Shown here: positions 62,101-64,000 of the stretch, in pieces | Layout of the letters: each line of letters begins with the position of its first letter | How positions within the stretch are numbered: the first letter of the stretch is position 1 | Source: a virus | DNA length: 64,000 nt | IMG/VR virus record: IMGVR_UViG_3300045988_062794 | Direction: 5' to 3' (one strand) | Translations under genes and position numbers: made by a program | The notes under the pieces: model-generated | Database searches by the model: none | Told to the model about the DNA's origin: nothing | What the model saw: the letters and a program-made list of their open reading frames with translations, nothing else

Positions 62101-63315
62101 ACCACCATATACATACTTACCTGTAGCATCTGGAGCATATAAATACTGACTAGTATCATCATAGTTTGCAGGACAAATACAGTCGTGATTAGTTGGTATA
62201 TCTTTAGTACTTATTTCTGAAGTAGAGAATGTTATAGAATCTTGTCCAGATGTAGAAGTTAATAATATTTGACCATTCTTATTACATCTATATGCTCTAG
62301 CATCAAATTCATCATCACTAATATCCCAAGTCTGTTCAGTGATATTAGCCGCAAATAACATATTGTCTTTAGATTCTATTACTTTGGGAGTAAACAAATA
62401 AGTACTTAAACCATTGAATTCTTCTAGAGTAAGCTCATCAATAACTGAACCACCTTTATCTTCATAAACTAGAGTATTATTCGAAATACTTATTTCATCT
62501 ATCACTGTGATTACTGGTTCTGCAGTATTACTAGAGTAATATATAGAAATTATTCTAGCTCTACTAAAAGAATTAGTATCCACAGTAGTCTGTAGCTTAA
62601 TGGATCTGTTGGTAGTCTCTTCTTTAGAACTACCATAGATATCTTGGCTATTAGTATTTTCTAAACTTCTAGATACTGTAATAATTGGAGATAAAACAGA
62701 TATAGACGTTTCAGATGTTCTGGGATTAAATAGTTGATAGCAATATTGATACTTACCGGCTTTCAATCCACCTGTACCTAAACCTTTAAAGAATAAAGGT
62801 GGTAATTGACTCTTTGGTGATATGTTTAAAGAGTCTACATTAAGATTAGGATGAGTTGTGGCTACATTTAATACTCTAATCTGATGTACTCCATCACACC
62901 AATATATTTTAACTAAATCGTCAGATTCCCATTTACAAACACTACTAACGGCATAATGACCATCTATAATAGGAATATCCAATGCTACATTGGATGCTAC
63001 TGTAGTCACTATAGGTTCAGTTTCAGATGCACCAAAATCGTATCTATAGATATTGAAGTTACTACCTTTCTTAGTAAACACAATTGCCCAATCCCTAATT
63101 GTATTTGTATGGACTATTGTTTCACCATTCAATGTCAATGTAGGATTGAGCTTACGTACGCCTTCAATATTCTGCATTACTCCAGTAGAACTATTATCAT
63201 TGGCAATAATACGTATATTTTCTGCCCACTGATATTGCCCTGAGTCTATAACTGAATAGTCTAGATCACAGTTCATTCCTTTCTGGAAAGTATTTGTTTG
63301 TCTTTGTGCATTCAT
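59191..63315 (-). CDS. large tail-associated structural protein (tail hub/muzzle-like, by position and size)
   Basis: 1,374-aa ORF directly upstream of the cargo/RNAP genes. It is rich in Ser, Thr, Asn and Tyr and looks beta-rich. The functional label is inferred from crassvirus gene order only. Confidence 0.5.
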   Translation of the reverse strand: MNAQRQTNTFQKGMNCDLDYSVIDSGQYQWAENIRIIANDNSSTGVMQNIEGVRKLNPTLTLNGETIVHTNTIRDWAIVFTKKGSNFNIYRYDFGASETEPIVTTVASNVALDIPIIDGHYAVSSVCKWESDDLVKIYWCDGVHQIRVLNVATTHPNLNVDSLNISPKSQLPPLFFKGLGTGGLKAGKYQYCYQLFNPRTSETSISVLSPIITVSRSLENTNSQDIYGSSKEETTNRSIKLQTTVDTNSFSRARIISIYYSSNTAEPVITVIDEISISNNTLVYEDKGGSVIDELTLEEFNGLSTYLFTPKVIESKDNMLFAANITEQTWDISDDEFDARAYRCNKNGQILLTSTSGQDSITFSTSEISTKDIPTNHDCICPANYDDTSQYLYAPDATGKYVYGGIGKNISYRFIKTNLIESDAPTSRTGYAEDSFSLNSKARSTSTLDLYNIEEDGSWSDAGSLSFADATAKVLNYSNSEVESMARSYMRDEIYRFAIVFYNEENVASSAHWIADIRMPKASAPGYNIFTSGMRVDIGGSTTNSLEVVTHPLGVQFTINIPSDLIQSKKITGYEIVRCERTISDRTILMQGAVSCVCNYDNTNQLTAFPYLTYSTSHGMVSQNNKYAHAFDFSSQNANEYFLFISPEICVNRTNASEVTGRATEIKGVYRLRSSISPDESMGNGTPANDKVVPKGDKVKVLVGAKASKHDLKNITSNTGTSWAKNSGWAYTSVTAIGDSIKQSTANNAIYMGAESWYDATLAKYYNKITTGGYNSASIQDITIATNTEPFDLDDDAWRTKATNVGSMVYYNWVYGDTSKASDYDDNNVRKVGPHGVCAIFQSTDMISRNTMVGEVPELAAGPESANTILIANLKQSVTPYGGNSYATRQNSVYISTGSYISVKDNSNTKVNVFGGDTYVGVLDYANCMFAYHNASDNYEQPDNERIRAYNGAYIPLESSINLSLRTDTVGTAKTYESGTGYANHFVENDIVQVGSIYVQNTPLYAYNDAYSAQPRAKNYVSKSIYSIDNLHTDTRVMNSEPKTNLEVTDSWTKFRVANYLDVDTRFGSINNLKLFKNNLLFWQTDAFGTLAVNERSLIQDNNAGALTLGTGGVLTRFDYFTTKNGSKENQLRTATQSDSTVYWYDADRNEICGFDNQLRTVSKLKGVQSYLHDNKDIITNDPISVYDKKYNEVLLTLEDKTLVFNEQVGAFTSFYTYRPDWYAEFTDKLMIYKNLAVYKYNSGNELDMFTGKDKVSYVRFIVNDKYPQTKTFDNVEYGGDFTYDTNFDNIYFETKRQTSFTLTQDDIDYREDTYKFCIPRSSRELNEAEELVNKSYRDRMKGKYLICHYKYDCNGGNTFKVPYISTAYRYSLI

Positions 63316-64000
63316 TATCTATTAGCATTATAAATGTGTTGTATTGAACCAGTATGACTATAGAAGGAACTGTGATCATGATACTCTGGATAGATCTTAT
63401 TCCATGTATGTTTGATAGACTCCATCTCATCTTCATTAGGAAGCATTGCTTCTGCATATGCCTGTTTACAGTAGTAGTTCCAGGAGTTTCTCATATTTGC
63501 ATACATACGTTCGTTCCATTCTCCTCTTATATATTTCTGAAAAGCAATCTTCTGAGTAATATACCAATATATTGCTTCCAAGTAAGAGATATTATCTGGT
63601 ACCATAGGATAGCCATCCTCATCAGTAATAATAGCACTGTAAGACAGCTTTAAATAACCACAAGGAACATTCGTCATAATGTAACCAGGTTTAATACTGT
63701 ATTGTAAATCCCAGTTAGGATTAACGCTAGTATTACCTCTAATATAGTCAATATTAACAGTATGAGTATTTATAAGATTACGTAAGATAGTCTTCATATT
63801 CTCATTGGTATTTAGCATTTCTAATGCTTCTGTTTTATCTATGTTACCGTATAAGTCTACTACTAAATCTACTAATACTTCATCTTTAACTAGCATTTCG
63901 GGTTTATCACAGCATTTCTTGCAGTCTTCACAACCCCAAGCAGCAAATGAACCTGTGGCTTTCCTCATAGGAAACCAAGGTCCATCACAATTAAAAGAGT
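63315..64000 (-). CDS. virion-block protein, possibly 5'-truncated by the window edge
   Basis: The track gives 217 aa from ATG 63968, but the frame stays open upstream to the window end (..SFNCDGPWFP-MRKATG..). Its stop overlaps the start of the 1,374-aa gene. Confidence 0.55.
   Translation of the reverse strand, partial: SFNCDGPWFPMRKATGSFAAWGCEDCKKCCDKPEMLVKDEVLVDLVVDLYGNIDKTEALEMLNTNENMKTILRNLINTHTVNIDYIRGNTSVNPNWDLQYSIKPGYIMTNVPCGYLKLSYSAIITDEDGYPMVPDNISYLEAIYWYITQKIAFQKYIRGEWNERMYANMRNSWNYYCKQAYAEAMLPNEDEMESIKHTWNKIYPEYHDHSSFYSHTGSIQHIYNANR

Noticed and set aside
35284-63315. Stop-codon reassignment (TAG or TGA read-through) in late genes, as reported for many crAss-like phages, with the tRNA-like elements acting as suppressors.
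   Set aside because: The late block contains uninterrupted ORFs of 2,481, 4,259, 586, 644 and 1,374 codons under the standard code. None of the tRNA-shaped elements has a 7-nt anticodon loop that could present CUA or UCA.
1-64000. CRISPR arrays, transposases or IS elements, integrases, long terminal or inverted repeats.
   Set aside because: I saw no regularly spaced direct repeats and no ORF with recognisable DDE, serine-recombinase or tyrosine-recombinase motifs. The only mobile-type gene is the HNH endonuclease at 11739..12284.

Overview
AT-rich segment that reads as part of a crAss-like (Crassvirales-type) podophage of a Bacteroidota host. This assignment is my inference from gene content; no search was run. 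There are three blocks. (1) 1-3863: small minus-strand genes, including a MazG-like NTP pyrophosphohydrolase, a ParB-like nuclease-domain protein and a GroES-like protein. (2) 4193-35210: a plus-strand early/middle and replication block. It holds many small ORFans, an ECF-type sigma factor, family-B DNA polymerase, DnaB-type helicase, TOPRIM primase, an SSB with a DDLPF tail, three P-loop/AAA ATPases and two PD-(D/E)XK nucleases. The only minus-strand gene in this block is an HNH endonuclease. (3) 35284-64000: a tightly packed minus-strand virion/cargo block. It includes a 2,481-aa polyvalent protein (P-loop, ART-like region, two HExxH motifs) and a 4,259-aa protein carrying the DFDID loop of crAss-type virion RNA polymerases. 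Both giant ORFs are uninterrupted under the standard code, so I see no stop-codon reassignment. Two non-coding observations stand out. (a) A ~2.3-kb block (17247-19540) has no credible ORF in any frame and is dense in hand-foldable helices, which makes it a candidate giant structured RNA. (b) Seven plus-strand tRNA-shaped elements have good acceptor stems and canonical GTTCRAnnC T-arms, but none has a canonical 5-bp/7-nt anticodon arm. Two are 65-nt twins with tetraloop hairpins in place of the anticodon arm, one is a bare acceptor/T-arm minihelix ending in an encoded CCACCA, and four are expanded. All seven sit exactly at ORF boundaries, which suggests RNase P/Z-type punctuation or another non-decoding role. 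I found no canonical tRNA, CRISPR array, integrase or transposase. All structures were paired by eye and all protein calls rest on motifs, so both need computational confirmation.
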